Shown: positions 1 to 13,474, counted from the whole stretch's first letter. The stretch: DNA of 62,611 nucleotides, filler included, from Sphacelaria rigidula (GCA_964200075.2; 10 parts of 10 records of this genome joined end to end with filler, not necessarily neighbours in it), one strand, 5' to 3'. Numbers and translations are program-made. Notes: generated by a model not told the origin, from the letters alone.

Positions 1-299
1 CTGGTTGCCTAGCTTACGTAGTGAGTGGCGTGTTTTACAGCGTCATCGCCAAGCGACGCCAACCCCATCGGGGGAGTACCCAGTGGGGGTGGAGAAAATC
101 CACGAATCCCGATGCACCCCCAGAAATCCAATCGTTTTTATACACAATTCAACAAGAGTGGAGGGCTATACGCGAAACACTTACCGGGCGATTCCTCCGA
201 CCTTCACCCTACAGAGTAGAGGAGGAACAAAACGTCACAACACGGTCCACACTATACACTCGATACATGCTGTACCAGCAAAAAAAGGCAACGTTACTC

Positions 300-1044
300 T
301 TACTCCTCTCTTTGCAACGGATGGCCCGCGCCACTCCCGCCAGTACTGACAGCGACGCGTGCGCTCGAAATCCTTCGGCTTAGCTCGCAAACTATTGGAT
401 TCTGGTCGTCGTACATCCCTGTCTCCAACAGCTCCTTCCTCCAATCCACCAACCTCTGCAACTCTCCATCCTCTTCCCCGGGGCTACCACTCCCACCACC
501 GTTCCCCGCTCTGTCGAACCGCTCTGAACCCACCCTACAATTCCCTTCCTCACTATTCTCTTTACCATTGCTCTCTCCTCGCCCCGCCCCTCCCCTGGAT
601 GGCCCCCTATCACACACCCCCGATGTATCTGAGGAGCCACTCTTGGCAACTCGCCTCCCTCGCCCGGTGGCACATCCGCTGCTGCCTCTGCCGCTTATGA
701 GATCGGGTTTCTGCGGCAACCCCAATCCAGAGCCTCCAGACGACTGCCGTGTGTCAGAGCTTATGCTCACACCGCGGTCCAATCTGTGCAACACGTAGGT
801 CGGTGCCGGCGCAGGGGTTGGCCGTGGGGGCGGGCTTGGCGAGGGACCGGCTAAGTTCGGAAACGAACCCCCGACCGTGCTACCAGGTAGCTCTGCCCCA
901 GAGCATTCAGGGCCGGTGCGCCCTTGAGTCGAATGGAAGTGGGGTCGAGTGGTGGGGGGGGTGGTGGTTGTTTGCGGGGGTGATGACGCTACATCTTTCT
1001 TGTTGACCAGAGATTTATGTGCCTCTTGCACCAAGCTGACGTGC
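300..1044 (-). CDS. CEP120: CEP120-like protein, terminal exon
   Basis: Acceptor ttcacag| is phase-compatible with the previous donor. A low-complexity linker is followed by LQRLVDWRKELLETGMYDDQNPIVCELSRRI, resembling the CEP120 C-terminus [31 protein letters not shown]. TAA stop at 300-302. Confidence 0.75.
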
Positions 1045-1409
1045 CTGTGAACGGAAACGGGGTCAAGGAAGGTCCGCGAGGCAAGGGAGGTCCGTGAGGC
1101 AAGAGTCAAGTATTTTGTGTGTGTGTGTGTGTGGCTTGTTGTCGCCGTGTCTTCCATGATTTGCTGGTGAGTATGTTCCGCATACATAGTGCGTGCTCGA
1201 CGACTAAGTTGGGGTGGTAATGCCCACGTCAACAAGAGGGCGTCCAGCAGATGCCATCGATCCCGTGGACAGGTGTCACACAAGATGCTGTGAGTCACTG
1301 AGCAATCAGATAAACAGTAACAGCACTCCGTAAAATGCGTTGAATAGCATCAGGCAATGGTATTTTGAAATACAGTATAGAAAGAGATTGGCTATAATAG
1401 GACACAAAC

Positions 1410-1543
1410 CTCAGTTCGTCGAGCTCCTGCTTGATGGTTCTAAGCTCGTTTCTGTCCCCGTCTAGGATAAATCGCTCCTCCCTGGCAAGGTACTCTAGCC
1501 TCAGCTGCTCCATTTCACGCCGCGCACAGGTAGACTCCCGCTC
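1410..1543 (-). CDS. CEP120: CEP120-like protein, internal exon
   Basis: cag|GAG...AG|gtttgt. EMEQLRLEYLAREERFILDGDRNELRTIKQELDELR resembles the recalled CEP120 segment ELEQMRLRYLAAEEK...ELLDIRNELNRLR. Confidence 0.8.
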
Positions 1544-3288
1544 CTGCCATCAGTTGAAAGTTTACGCGTGCGATGAATGCCGCCATGGATGAGTTTCAGC
1601 TGCGCAAATTGATTAACATCACTACCGAGTAGCGTGTCAAGATCGCCCTCCGGCAGAAGTGTTATGCGCACCGCGGACCGATCTGCGATAGGTGCGGAAA
1701 GCATCAGTGCTTTCGCCAACGTGGCTTGTGACATCTAAGTGCGTGTCTTGACCACAAAAAATCGAACTCGAATTCGACAATCGAATTGACGTAGCTGGAT
1801 ATGGCAACCGAGCGACAATGTTCCCGAGATGTACGAAACGTGGGTAAATGGCGATCAACAGCTGGCAAGCCATGAGCCGTGGGTGCTTGATAACCCCCCA
1901 GGTAGCTCTCAGTTACCCACGCGTCATGTGCTGTTGATTCTGGCTTAAATCCGTCAAGACATGGCAATGCAATGACTATTTACGCAAGACTGCAAAGCGC
2001 AAACGGTGGCATAAATGCACGCTCTGAGGGAAATACTACGCAAAAATCTTGGACGATGCTCACGCAATACGAAACCAAGCGCACTCGATTTGACACACTG
2101 TAAGCTATTAGTATAATGAACGCAGGCCAGTTGGGGATGGGCGTACATCCCCTTTCGGGGTACCTGTGCACGATGCTGCATACGCTGAATTGTTAGGCAC
2201 ACGTTTGCATTCCAAACGTTTAGGCGCTGTTTGGCGCCAGGCAACGCGTTTTACGCCGCGCTTTCGGGAAAAGTTCTCGTGTTCTCCATATCAGAGAAGA
2301 CTTGAGTTTTTTCTACTGTATGGAGCGGAGAATCGAGAGAAGCTTGGCTGAACTTCGGGGCAGCCGGTTTTTCAAATTTTTTATTTTGATGGACTTTTTT
2401 ACCTACACGTCCGAAAATGCCATTCGATATTCTTCCATGAAGGAAAATAATCTTGAGCTTCAATGCTGCGATTTATACGGAGTCCGATCTTGGCCATCAC
2501 GTTGCCGCGACAACACCTTCTTTCATCACAGTATACACACCGCAAAACATCGGCTACAACATCACATACTTAACCGAGAACAGGGGAATGCCACACCGAT
2601 GTGGCTCACATGTGATGGTAACGACGTTTCCTGCGGTGCTACTCTGCTGTCTGCTTCGTGCGCTACCGACTGTATACCGATGCCCGCGCTTGTTAGTCAC
2701 AACAGTGGATCGCTACGAGCAACTCAAACCCTGTCATTAGATGTGGCAAAGACCTGGTGTACGCAACTCACACAAGTCATTTACCTTGCCCTTCCCCAGA
2801 CAGCAAAGGCCAATACTGGTGCCGTAATCGAAGCCTCATCATGTGCTCAGATTCAAGTGTGGTTGTATTCGCCAGGACAGGACCCACGGGCATACAGAAT
2901 GAGCACAGCGTAGGTTTGACGGCAAGGACAAATCATCACGACTTGAAATCACGAAATTCGCGATTTCTTCGACCCGATCGCCCAAAAGGGAGATAAAAGT
3001 TGATCGCTGGTCCAAGGGGTATCCACGCAACTTCTGCGCCATTCCACGTGTCTGGGCTGCATGTANNNNNNNNGAATTGATTCGTCACGAGTCGACTCAT
3101 CATACTAAAACCAAGTAATTTCTAGACGAATCATTATTTGCCCGACCCTCGGTAGGTTTCGTGCTGTGCTGCAAGCATGACAACAACCAAGCACGACATG
3201 CCTCCGTGGTTCTGGTCGTTTGCATTACATATTTTGTATACCCTTTGCCTTCCTTCGCCCCTACCCTCTGTATCGCGCACAGATGTAC

Positions 3289-3387
3289 CTGGTGTCTTTT
3301 GAGGGCCCTCGCCAACTTGTGAATGTGCGCTCGGTACTCCTCCTTCTCGAGCAGAGCCCTATTCTTCTCGCTCCTCTCACGCTCAAC
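3289..3387 (-). CDS. CEP120: CEP120-like protein, internal exon
   Basis: cag|GTT...CAG|gtacat, 99 bp, phase 0/0. Encodes VERERSEKNRALLEKEEYRAHIHKLARALKRHQ. Confidence 0.75.
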
Positions 3388-4291
3388 CTGACACAAACAC
3401 AATATCGGTGGGAGGGGGGCAGGGCGGGAATTCACGTTAGTCCTTTCATCAGATCCACATCATATCAAATCAAATAACCGCTCGCCGTTGTTGTGAGGAA
3501 CTTTGAATCATTGATTGATTGCCGCACTTTGACTGACCCCCCAGGGATCCCGCCGTGGTCACCTGATAGACATACCCAACAAAACACCAAGCTGAAACAC
3601 TCGCTGGAGAAAAGAACGAAAAAGTCGAACAGAACGACGAAACAGGTTAAGGCACAGTTACCAGGCAACCTGCAAGCAGTGTCATCGCTCATCGCTTTTG
3701 GTGAGAATTCACCTCACGCAAAATGTATTTCTTGATAATTATTCAACCTTCCCCCAAGTCCTGATCATCGTGGCGTGATCGGACGATGCGCTGCAATCTA
3801 TATTTTCAGTACAAATGAGGGCCTGATGCAAGGCAGCATCTACGATGGCAGCATGTCACATGGCATGATACTTTCGAATAGTACATTATTTTCGATTCGA
3901 TGAGGGATAATGGCCTTCAATACTACCACCCGCAGTCACCATGCTACAAAGTGCCGCTGTCCGACCTGTCACCCACGAACCCGAATCATCCTTAAACAAA
4001 TGAGCCCCTCTCTCTGTATTATATAATATTTTTTCAGTCTCTCCTCTCCCCCTAGACAAGCCCGTAGTCTCCCGTAATCTGACGGCATCGACCAACCCCT
4101 CCCCCGGTACCCGCCTTGCACTTGATATCGAGTATTGGATGATGACTTGTCACCACTCCTGCAAACCCGTCTCGATTCCCGTGGGATTCTCGACCACGAA
4201 ACGATCCGAACCGTCGTGCTACGGCTACACGAAAAGATCCAAACGGGCACCGCAGCACCCAAACCGGCGCCGAAAACATCCCATGCGTCAC

Positions 4292-4495
4292 CTGTGCCTC
4301 GGCCTCCGCCTTGGCCGCTCCCAACCTAAACAACTCCCTCTGCAGTCCTCCTTCGGACGTCTTCCTGGTTTGCTGCCTGAACCGCTCGAAATCTTCATCC
4401 GTAGCAGTCACTCTGGCTCTTGCATCTTCCAGCGCCTTGGCTTGACTCTTCACCTGCTTGTCCAGCGCCTTCACTTTCATGCGCTCCAAATCCAC
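4292..4495 (-). CDS. CEP120: CEP120-like centrosomal protein, coiled-coil exon (gene is 5'-partial)
   Basis: AG acceptor at 4496-4497 and GTGACG donor at 4291. Encodes VDLERMKVKALDKQVKSQ...AEAEAQ and splices in frame to the next three exons. Confidence 0.75.
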
Positions 4496-5177
4496 CTGGC
4501 CGTTGCGGAAGATGTCAGCATGTTAGGGTCTAGGGTCGGGGCTAAATATGTATCGGGCGGGGAGGATTTCCGTACCGTACCGTTGGTTATTCGGAGTGTA
4601 TCGACCGGTATCACGAAAATATTGTCAACTTGAATTATTTTCTGCAAAACATGGCCGCCCCACCATTCGAAAGTCAAGGGTACAGGTTGAGCTCCAGACC
4701 CTAAAACTCATTACCTTCGGCGGCATGGCCATCGTTCTCTCGAGGAAAACCGAGATTGAAACTCTCATGACGACGGGTCGACCACCGCCCGGCTGGAGAT
4801 AGTATCGAGGAGTAAACGACACATCTGCATGCATAAGGGAGTGTAGAGGACTGTGGCATCAAGTACAGACTAGTCACCACCGCTGGTAGTAGTACAATAC
4901 AAGAGCAGCAACGGCAGCAACAGCAGCAATAGCCTGCGAGGAATCCCAAATGGAAATGATGGAGGAATATGCCCGTTTTGCCCCTGACTACCCCCTGACT
5001 ACGAGTAGAGATGAGCGGGGGAGGCCGGGGAGCAAGGAAAGTGACACGTGACATGCCCCTGTCTTATCCCATCGGTTGTTGGTGGTTGACCTCTTTATTT
5101 TGCTTGCAACTTTGGGAATCTTCCCTAGCTGTGTTCCTGTAGATGCTCTGTTTCGTCTGAGTAATTCTTCTCCCTTA

Positions 5178-5658
5178 GGCCGGATGTTATAGCACACAGA
5201 TTTTGGGCCCACAGATTGTTCACTTTGGGACGGTTGACCCATCATTTGACCCCCAAACAGAGAAAATCGCCAACACACATCTTGGACACTTTGCATCACA
5301 GCACAGAGAGGAGCCTAGCCCACTTTTCAGATTCGCTTGGCTCCAAGGTTTCGACAGCGGCCGCTGAACAAAAATCCGTGTGCGACAAAATCTGCGGCGA
5401 CCTCCACAGATTATTGGCCAAACTGGCGGGGGTCGGCAAGCACAGGTGTTTGTACACGAAGTTTTGTCCAGCGGCCAACCTCGAAACCTCGGAGCCAAAC
5501 GAATCTGAAAAGCAGACTCGGCTCCTCTCTGTGGGGTGATGCAAAGTGTCCGAGACGTGTGTTGGCGGTTCTCCATGTTTGGGGATCAAAAAGTGAGCCA
5601 AACGTCCCAAAAGTGAACAATCTGTGGGCCAAAAATCTGTTTGCCATAACATCCGGCC
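5178..5658. mobile_element. PIF/Harbinger (Tourist-like) MITE with long TIRs
   Basis: Ends GGCCGGATGTTAT...ATAACATCCGGCC, TTA on both sides, about 200-bp inverted arms. Second copy at 60306-60788. Confidence 0.85.
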
Positions 5659-6113
5659 TTACCTTACATTCCGCTTTCTTTTTCTCCCTCTCTCTTCTCT
5701 ATTCCCTTCTCACTCTTTGCTTTGATTTGTTGTTGTGCCGTCCACTTTCCTTACGCCATGCGGGAAAGGTCTGCGGGTTTTTGTCTTTATTTCGAGATTG
5801 TTGGTGCTGCTAGATGTTCGCCTGCTATTTCCTACTTAATTTTCCTTTCTCTTCTTTCTCTTCCTTGCCTCTCCTTTCCCCTTGTCGTCCCTCAATCTTC
5901 AACTGATCCTGTTCACTGCGTAGTCAAACATATTTATCCTCTTTCGAGTTTCCTCTTGCATGCGTTCCCGTATGTTTTACTTGGGTAGGTAAGTTTATCT
6001 TGAGATCACGCCTAAATTTATAGCTTGTCGATTGATATACGACACTCAATCAAACAATCACATACTCCGTACACTACGGATAAGGCCCCCGTACTCGGGT
6101 TCGCCGGTATCTC

Positions 6114-6172
6114 GGGGGGCGTACTCATTTGTTGCTTGCCTTAGTCGTTCGACCATTGACCACGCATCCCTT
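6114..6172 (-). mobile_element. LINE 3'-terminal fragment
   Basis: KGCVVNGRTTKASNK-TGA-GTACG-CCCCCC, matching 44855-44930 and 41422-41512. Confidence 0.7.
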
Positions 6173-6272
6173 NNNNNNNNNNNNNNNNNNNNNNNNNNNN
6201 NNNNNNNNNNNNNNNNTTAATTAATTAANNNNNNNNNNNNNNNNNNNNNNNNNNNNNNNNNNNNNNNNNNNN
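6173..6272. other. Artificial contig linker (first of nine)
   Basis: N-run/TTAATTAATTAA/N-run, 100 nt, recurring every 6271 bp (starts near 6173, 12444, 18715, 24986, 31257, 37528, 43799, 50070, 56341). Confidence 0.97.
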
Positions 6273-6516
6273 CGTACCTTTCTTGGGCAAAAAACGAGAA
6301 GGTATACCTTTTCTAGGCCATTGCTCTTTTCCAAAACCAATCCGGCCAGTCCCTGCAGGTACTATGCCCCTGACCATAACCCCGACACTGACCCTAACCC
6401 TAACCCTAACCCTAACCCTAACCCTAGCCCTAGCCCTGGTGCTGATCTCGTAGTTTGCTTGCCTTCGCCGGCAAAATAAGGGACAGGGTTATGCTACCTG
6501 CCCGTGCATGACGTTC

Positions 6517-6701
6517 AAAACTTTGCACACCCTGGACAATATATGGTCAATAGATTCCATAGACAAGAAGTGTATTGCATAAAGTATCGGCCTATTGCAA
6601 CTATTGCCGGCCGACAACAGCCGCAATAGGCCTATACTTTATGCAGTACGTTTCTTGTCTATTGAATCTATTGACCATATATTGTCCAAGGTGTGAAACT
6701 T
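6517..6701. repeat. About 185-bp imperfect palindrome (MITE-like hairpin)
   Basis: GGACAATATATGGTCAATAGATTC... is mirrored by ...GAATCTATTGACCATATATTGTCC; centre near 6610. Confidence 0.75.
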
Positions 6702-7122
6702 TGGTAAACACATTTTTCACAACCTCTCTGTGACAAGAGGGGGCAGTCGGACAGGCTAGGTCGTGCTCGACCGGCTCTCTCGGGATGTCATACATGAGTA
6801 AAAATACCGACTGTAGGAAGCCCCGTGCATAGATTGCAGCATGCTTGCTTTCTGTGAGTGGTATGCGCAGATAAACCCAATCAAACCACCAGCTATATAT
6901 ACCCTTTTCAGACCGTGCGGTAGCGTACCCTCGTAGCAGCACTGCAGGCAAGTAGGTAGCTACTGGATTGTTTCTGCTCTTCGCTTTGAAAGTGCGTATG
7001 TCTGCAAACGACGACGACCGTGCTTGGCCCCAACAGCTCCAACACCGCTGCCGGGGCACACAAGGTGTGAGGAGATAGATACCGCCAACCCGTGGTGCTT
7101 TTCACTCTACGACATAGCCCAC

Positions 7123-7333
7123 TGTAATGCGTGAGAGGACCACGTGCTTAGAGGACCGCATCGGAATTTGAATATCCCTGTGGTTAGGGTTTGGGTTAGG
7201 ATTAGTGTTGGGGTTAGGGTCAGGGGCGCGGTACCTGCACGGGTTGGCCCGATTGGTTAAAGAAAACATCGATCCTGAGGTATTTTGAACTACGGCGCGG
7301 TCCTCTAAGCACGCGATCCTCTCACGCATTACA
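7123..7333. mobile_element. TGT..ACA MITE carrying telomere-like (TTAGGG)n
   Basis: TIR TGTAATGCGTGAGAGGACC...CCTCTCACGCATTACA with internal GGTTAGGGTTTGGGTTAGG. Same family at 10071, 50717, 51274 and 53569. Confidence 0.85.
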
Positions 7334-8324
7334 CCAGGGTGTCACTAGCAAGGTTCCTGACGATTCTCGCATGCTTGCGAGCGCCGCGGCGTGCGCCAAG
7401 GGCAGTTCTGCGGAGTATTGTGCTGGGGTCCGAAATATTAGGCATTCGCCAAACGTGAAGGCTTGGCGACAAAATCTCGCCGCTTCATTTTGGGACAACG
7501 TTGAAAAAACGGTGCGAAAGCGCCTAAAATCTCGGCGATCTCCCAAAAAACTGTGTCGATAATAACGGCCCTAATTCGCACCAATTATGGGTTTTTGTTT
7601 TCCGGTCTTGATCACTAAAATCAAGTAACTGTAACGCCTCGGCGGGGTTTCGGCGTCAAAATGACCCCTTATGAACGAGACGCGCAAGTTTTTTTGGAGG
7701 AAAGGGCGCAGAAAGCAAAAGCCTAGCGCTATTAGAGCTGAAAGGCATTGAAAATTCGTCGGCATCTCCTCTCTAAAGCAGTCAACAACCTTATGCCCAT
7801 AGATTTTGAGCTACGCGTTACGGCAGTGCTCGGGGGGGCGGAGGGGGGTCATATTTTGTTCCGATTCTTCTTCTGTTTTGTTGAGGCGTACACAATGCTT
7901 GTAGATCGCCTGATGAATCTCGGCTGGGAATAGTGAATCATGTGGTAAAGTGTACCAGCAGCGTGAAATGATCAGTAACGCGATACTGCTGCTGGCTGCG
8001 TGCCCCTGCCCGAGGCGGCGCGACACCCTCGCAACGCCAGCTCTTCAAGTAAGCAATTGCGCCAATTCAGCATAAAAATGCTCGAGCAACTCACGTTGGT
8101 ACTATACTGTTCAGGTGTCTGGGTTGAGTTCGCTTTCGCTCTTCACCTCCGCGCCGGCCATCCACCTCATGAAGCCTCTCCTCCCAGCTTGGCCAATGCT
8201 TTATTCACATTTATTTGTTTGTTTTGAATCTTACCTAGTCGCGCGAATGGTGTGGTATATTGTCCTGTATCAGTAGTGCAGGGGTAACCAGACGCGATGC
8301 TGCTGCTGCTGACTGGGTGGGTGT

Positions 8325-8687
8325 GTTGTGTGTGTGTTGTCCCATTTATTCTGGGCGCCAGTTTACCCCTTTCGGGATATGTGGGCGCATCAGCCGGGGT
8401 CACACAGGCGGAAGGCCAACACAGGAGCTTTTTCTTTATTATGTGTTTTTAGTACCCCACCTTCCTTCTGCGGTGCTTGCCTTTTATTTTTTGTCGCGGG
8501 AGGGGTTCATCAGCAGCCCCTTTCCCTCGTCGACCGTTGAGTCAAATTTTGTGTACCCACGGCATGGTCGCTCTCCACTGTTGAGCATAGCATAAGAAAA
8601 AATCCCAGATCGCTCCGGGAATCGAACCCCATAACACAACTATCAGAAGGTTACGACGTTACCAACTGAGCCACCGGGGCGACCGGC
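8325..8687 (-). mobile_element. tRNA-derived SINE, family A
   Basis: Minus-strand head has an A box (GGTGGCTCAGTTGG) and B box (GGTTCGATTCC), and the tail is CA-rich. Homologous to 44141-44501 and 58838-59375. Confidence 0.75.
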
Positions 8688-9271
8688 TCACTGGGTACAT
8701 GGGGAATACGGCGCTTATTTCGAGTAGAACCAAAACGAGAACCAACTGAACTGAGAATATAGATACCTCCTGGTGACGAGGATATTATGTAGGACACACA
8801 GGCACCAGACTTTCATCATATTCCCATTGTTTTCGACCAAAAGATAACACAGTAGTGGTATCTCGAACCAAATACCATGAGATATAATAGGCCTCCTTTA
8901 TGTCACACTCTTCGTCTTAAACCCGAGATTCCTGGTACGCTGTGTGTTTGACAAAAAGTAACTTGTCGGGAACCTTGAGTTTGAGATCCCTCAAAAATGG
9001 CATTATACTGTTGCACTGGATAATGCGGGGTCTCCTGCACTGTTGTTATGTTGAACTCCCCAGGGCAAGACCGTGACGTCATTAGAAGTGAGTATGTCAA
9101 ACTCGGTTTCCCGATATCTTGTGTTGAAGTCTTTCTCCTCCTGTCGAGATCAGCTTGCAGCTAGCTAGGGTCTCGGAAATCTGGCTGTACACGTATGAGA
9201 GTATCGGTCTTTCACAGATGTCACTGCTGTACCTGTTTCTGGAACTGCCTCATCTCAGGTTCACGCATTAA

Positions 9272-9373
9272 CCCTTTGACCGCGAGGGTAGGTCTCCTGC
9301 TGAATCGGCATCAATATTGACTTGAAAAAAGTTAGAGTGATCGAAATGGACTACCCGCACCACGGTCCAGGGG
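9272..9373. mobile_element. piggyBac-type mini-MITE
   Basis: TTAA|CCCTTTGACCGCG...CACGGTCCAGGGG|TTAA. Related copies near 18815-18910 and 59637-59748. Confidence 0.8.
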
Positions 9374-10070
9374 TTAACTTCTCACGCCGCACATACAACT
9401 AGAGCGGCTTCCACACTTGCCTGGGTATTTCCTGTTGTGCACCCTACCTCCGTCGAGGGCCCCACGTCTGCCTTGGATTAGCAAGGGCTTTCAGTCGAGT
9501 TTGGCTGACGGTCAGCGTTGTTAGTTATGTTTGCTTGAGTTAGTCGCCAACGCTCATGGATTACAAATACTGTATTTTATTCTGAATGAATATATTCGGA
9601 TCTTTTTGCAACCGACAGCAGCAGCCTCCCCTGCTGAACGTGCGATCACACAAACTCTACTGCGCCCGCTCTTGCCAGCATACGTAGGACGCGTTTTTGC
9701 TGAAGTCGGCTAACGCAACCTTTTCCTCGGACACCGGGTACGCCGTCGTTGTCCGAGAATTATCGGCTCGCCATCGGTTGAATTCAGCGTTGCTACCGCC
9801 TTGAAGTTTTTCAGAACCTAAGTACCTTCGCAACCACAGTTTGAGGCGCCGACGGGTTGAGGGTAAATCCCCCTCTTTTCTCCCTTCGAATGCTTGTGCT
9901 TTAAATTTCTGGCCAATCAGCCAACAGACATACAAAGGCCCTAATATCGCCCACACAAGTTGGAGCATTCAATGTTATTACATGCTCAGCCCTTTGACTG
10001 CGAGCATAGGTCATTTGTTGAATCTGAATCAACGTCAACTTCACGGGGGAATATAACTGCATGGCCAGGT

Positions 10071-10287
10071 TGTAATACGTGATGAGAGGATCACATATCT
10101 AGGGGACCGCATCGGAATTTGAACATCTCCATGGTTAGGGTTAGGGTTAGTGTTAGTGTTGGGGTTATAGGGTCAAGGGCGAGGTCCCTGCAGAGGGACT
10201 GACCCGATTGGTTATGAAAAACGTCGATCCTGAGGTGTCTTGAACTACGATGCGGTCCCTAAGCATGCGGTTCTCTCACGCAATATA
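10071..10287. mobile_element. Telomere-motif MITE, decayed copy
   Basis: Colinear with 7123-7333. Flanks CAGGT/TAGAT could be a decayed 5-bp TSD. Confidence 0.8.
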
Positions 10288-13200
10288 TAGATGGCCTACC
10301 TTCGCGGTCAAAGGTTAAAAAAAAAGTTGTACATGAAGGTATACATCCAAATCAAGCTTCCCGTTGTATTTCGAACGCGTGTGTTTACCGCCCGCATGAG
10401 TCATGTTTTCAATCGGCGTAGATGTCAATTCAAACAAATATGGGTGAACCAGACAGTCTACCAGTGGCCCAAACGGTCTACCCTGGCGGTGATCATGAGT
10501 TTGTTACACCGGGAACCTCGAGCAATATTATATTCCGTTCGATGTTTTTGAAGAGGCGCGAAGACGCCCGGTGCAACATCTTTTAGAGCTCCTCAATATA
10601 CCGGGAACCTCGAGTTGAGGTACATGGAATAAGTGGCGTGTTCACACCAGCCCCGGCTATGTTAATCTACCTCGGCTGATAGCAGCGCAAACTCCGCTTC
10701 CCCCCCTCCCACTCTCATTCATCCCAGCACTCTAAGCTCTGGCGAACTACAGCACAGCGACTACCCTCGTCACCGCTATTTCATCTGCTCGAGAACTACT
10801 AATCAATCATGATCACCAAAATGGCGACCATTGCGCAGGTTGTGGCGTTTATGTGCCTGAGCTTTGCATCGGCAGAACACGAAGGTGAGTAATTGTTCGT
10901 TCAAGTATGTAGTTCCTGTGTCAGGTGTATCCCCGAGTTCCCGGGGGATTCCGTCGCTACCGCCGCTGTGGTGGGTGTGAGAGTTCATGCGCTCTCGTGG
11001 AATAAGGTCAATTATCGCATTTTGCCGAAGTCTAGATTGCGCCATGAGTATCCCATGTTCGGCACTGGGGTGAAATAACCACGGGTGGCCGGGCTAGACG
11101 AGCGGGAATCCATTTCAAGCCCATACTGCATTATTGCATGAAGTGTTTGCTCGAATATGAGACGGGGATCCGTTTGTGATCGAGGTCAGGTTCAGCAGTG
11201 GGGTGTTATTCATGGGGCCATATACGGGCCAAGGATGGAGCCCTGTTTCATCCATCATCCTTCAATTATCCGCGCCGATATGCACTTTCCCGTAAATTCA
11301 TCTGTCACGAACTCGCCATATATCTGTCGGGGTGTAAGAGGAATGAACCTGAACATTCGTGCGGCTTTGAGGCTGGTGGTGCATGTACAACGCGAAATAT
11401 TGTCGAGAACGTTGGAAAGGAGGAACCGGCTTGTAACTGGTATCGTCGGTGGAATACCGCACAAACTTTTGAAGGTCTCAGATTCGGCAACGGTCTAATT
11501 TGAGCAACGAGTCCCGGCAGTCGCATTCTGCGCAACACACACACGGCAAGTTTTTATCATACCCTCAGTACAGTTCATGTAATCAGTTCCCGTTGCCTTG
11601 TTTACACACCCTTTTTACGACCAGCACTTTAGGGAAGAGCTTACGCGCGAATGAGACGAGCACGAGTTGAGCCCTCACGGCGCCTCGCGCCACCGAAGTG
11701 TGCCGAAATGTCGGAAACAATTATTTATACTTGATTTTTTCCAAGGTACCCATCTTAGTATATTCACAGAAGCGATGATCTTCGAACATGACGTGAAACT
11801 TTGAAATGAGGTTCAACTCCACATCGTGCTTTCCCTGACCTTAAGTCACGACAGAGGACTCTCATCGACAAATTTATGCCCTCGGACTTCCGGAAATTAT
11901 TCTTCGGAGTTTCCTGTCTTCCTCTCTCCTGGAATGTATGTGCGGAAGCACCTTTTCGCCTTGATCTCGGGGGGTGAAAAAAGGAACGGAGGCTGTCCGA
12001 TAACGATGTTTTTGCACATACCCTTTGAGGAAACGGGAGACTCGAAACTCCAACAAATGGATTTTGGGAGGTCGAGGGACATGGGGTCGTCCATATGAAA
12101 GTTGTTTGTCAACACTTCATATCGGGGGAAGCACCGGTTGGAGTTCAACGAGTCATGCTACGATAGAGGGAGAGGTACTTCGGGCCGTTTTCTGTCACGG
12201 AATTCCACTTCAATCACCGATGAAAGCAGCCAACAGTTGTTCGGACGCCCTCGCTCGCCCGATGAAAAACGCTCATCCATACCGCTCTATGCCACTTTGA
12301 CCCTAAGATTGAGCGCACCGTGAGTGTTTCAAGTCGGTTGACGTATTCATGAGCATAATTTTCGTGGAATCGAATACCCCCCCCCCCCCCCCCCCACCCC
12401 CCCCCCCCCCCCCCCCCCCCCCCGCCCGACTCCGCCACCCATCNNNNNNNNNNNNNNNNNNNNNNNNNNNNNNNNNNNNNNNNNNNNTTAATTAATTAAN
12501 NNNNNNNNNNNNNNNNNNNNNNNNNNNNNNNNNNNNNNNNNNNGCGCCGGGCCGGGCTGGCGCGGGGGGGGCGGCCGGGGGGCGGGGCGGGGGGGGGGGG
12601 GGGGTGGGGGGGGGGGGGGGGGGGGGGGCTAAGAACCCATGCACCAACACATCCGGTGAAACATGGGCCTATCGCTAGCCTAGACGTTGACAAACCCAGC
12701 AGAAAAAAGGGTTGCCATGTTTTGTACCATCAATAATCACTACACCATATGACAACACACCACACCATACGACAACAGCACACCACACCATCTGACACCA
12801 CGCCACAACTCTTCCCAGAACGACTACAGTAGTGGGCGGTCTAACTATTCATCTTGTGGTATTTTTCCGTGATTTTTTTTTGTAATTGGCGATTTTCTTG
12901 GGCTCTTTTCGCTTGCCACCACTCATCACATTGGGGTTCTGAAGATATTCATATCCGCTCCACAATCCAAGAAAAAAAATCATCCGTACTCAATGTTGAG
13001 TGACTTACGGGCTAACCGGTCATCGGGGGTCCAGCCACGTTTCAGCCCAGATTCTCATTCTCAGGTATTTTCGGTCGATCGAGCCTGTCCCGATCATATT
13101 TGTGAAGAAATGTACAGTTTTATTTTTTGAATTTTTACCTACTCATTACTCTAGAGCCGAAAAACCGTGCTTCACGGTCAATAACACCCTCCTGATAAAC

Positions 13201-13474
13201 GGGGTATTTACTCGTATCGCCCGATAACACCAATCAACCAACACTGACTTGGGCACTGTGCTTCGAGGGTGATCTGTTTTTTGTACCAAAATCTACCGAC
13301 TCTAGCACTTTCGAGTTCTATCGAAGAGTAGTACGCGAGGAAAACCCCAAAACACCCCTGAATAGTTAGGCCGCCCACTACTGCAGCAATCACAACGCCA
13401 CACAAGGAGAGGAGAGCGATCAGACCACACAAACAGCACCGCAAACACAACAGCGCCAGCCTCTCACAGAGCGT

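Noticed and set aside
6173..6272. Periodic TTAATTAATTAA motif every 6271 bp as a biological signal
   Set aside because: It sits inside N-runs and is an assembly linker with stops in all frames; ORFs running into it are artefacts.
8600..8687. Functional tRNA genes (also 20501-20570, 30920-30990, 58840-58905)
   Set aside because: No clean cloverleaf, and homology between copies extends about 250 bp beyond the head, as expected for SINEs.
9657..11560. Coding-looking ORFs at 9657-9968 and 10800-11540
   Set aside because: No recognisable motif or consistent splice pattern; could be exons or TE remnants but unsupported.
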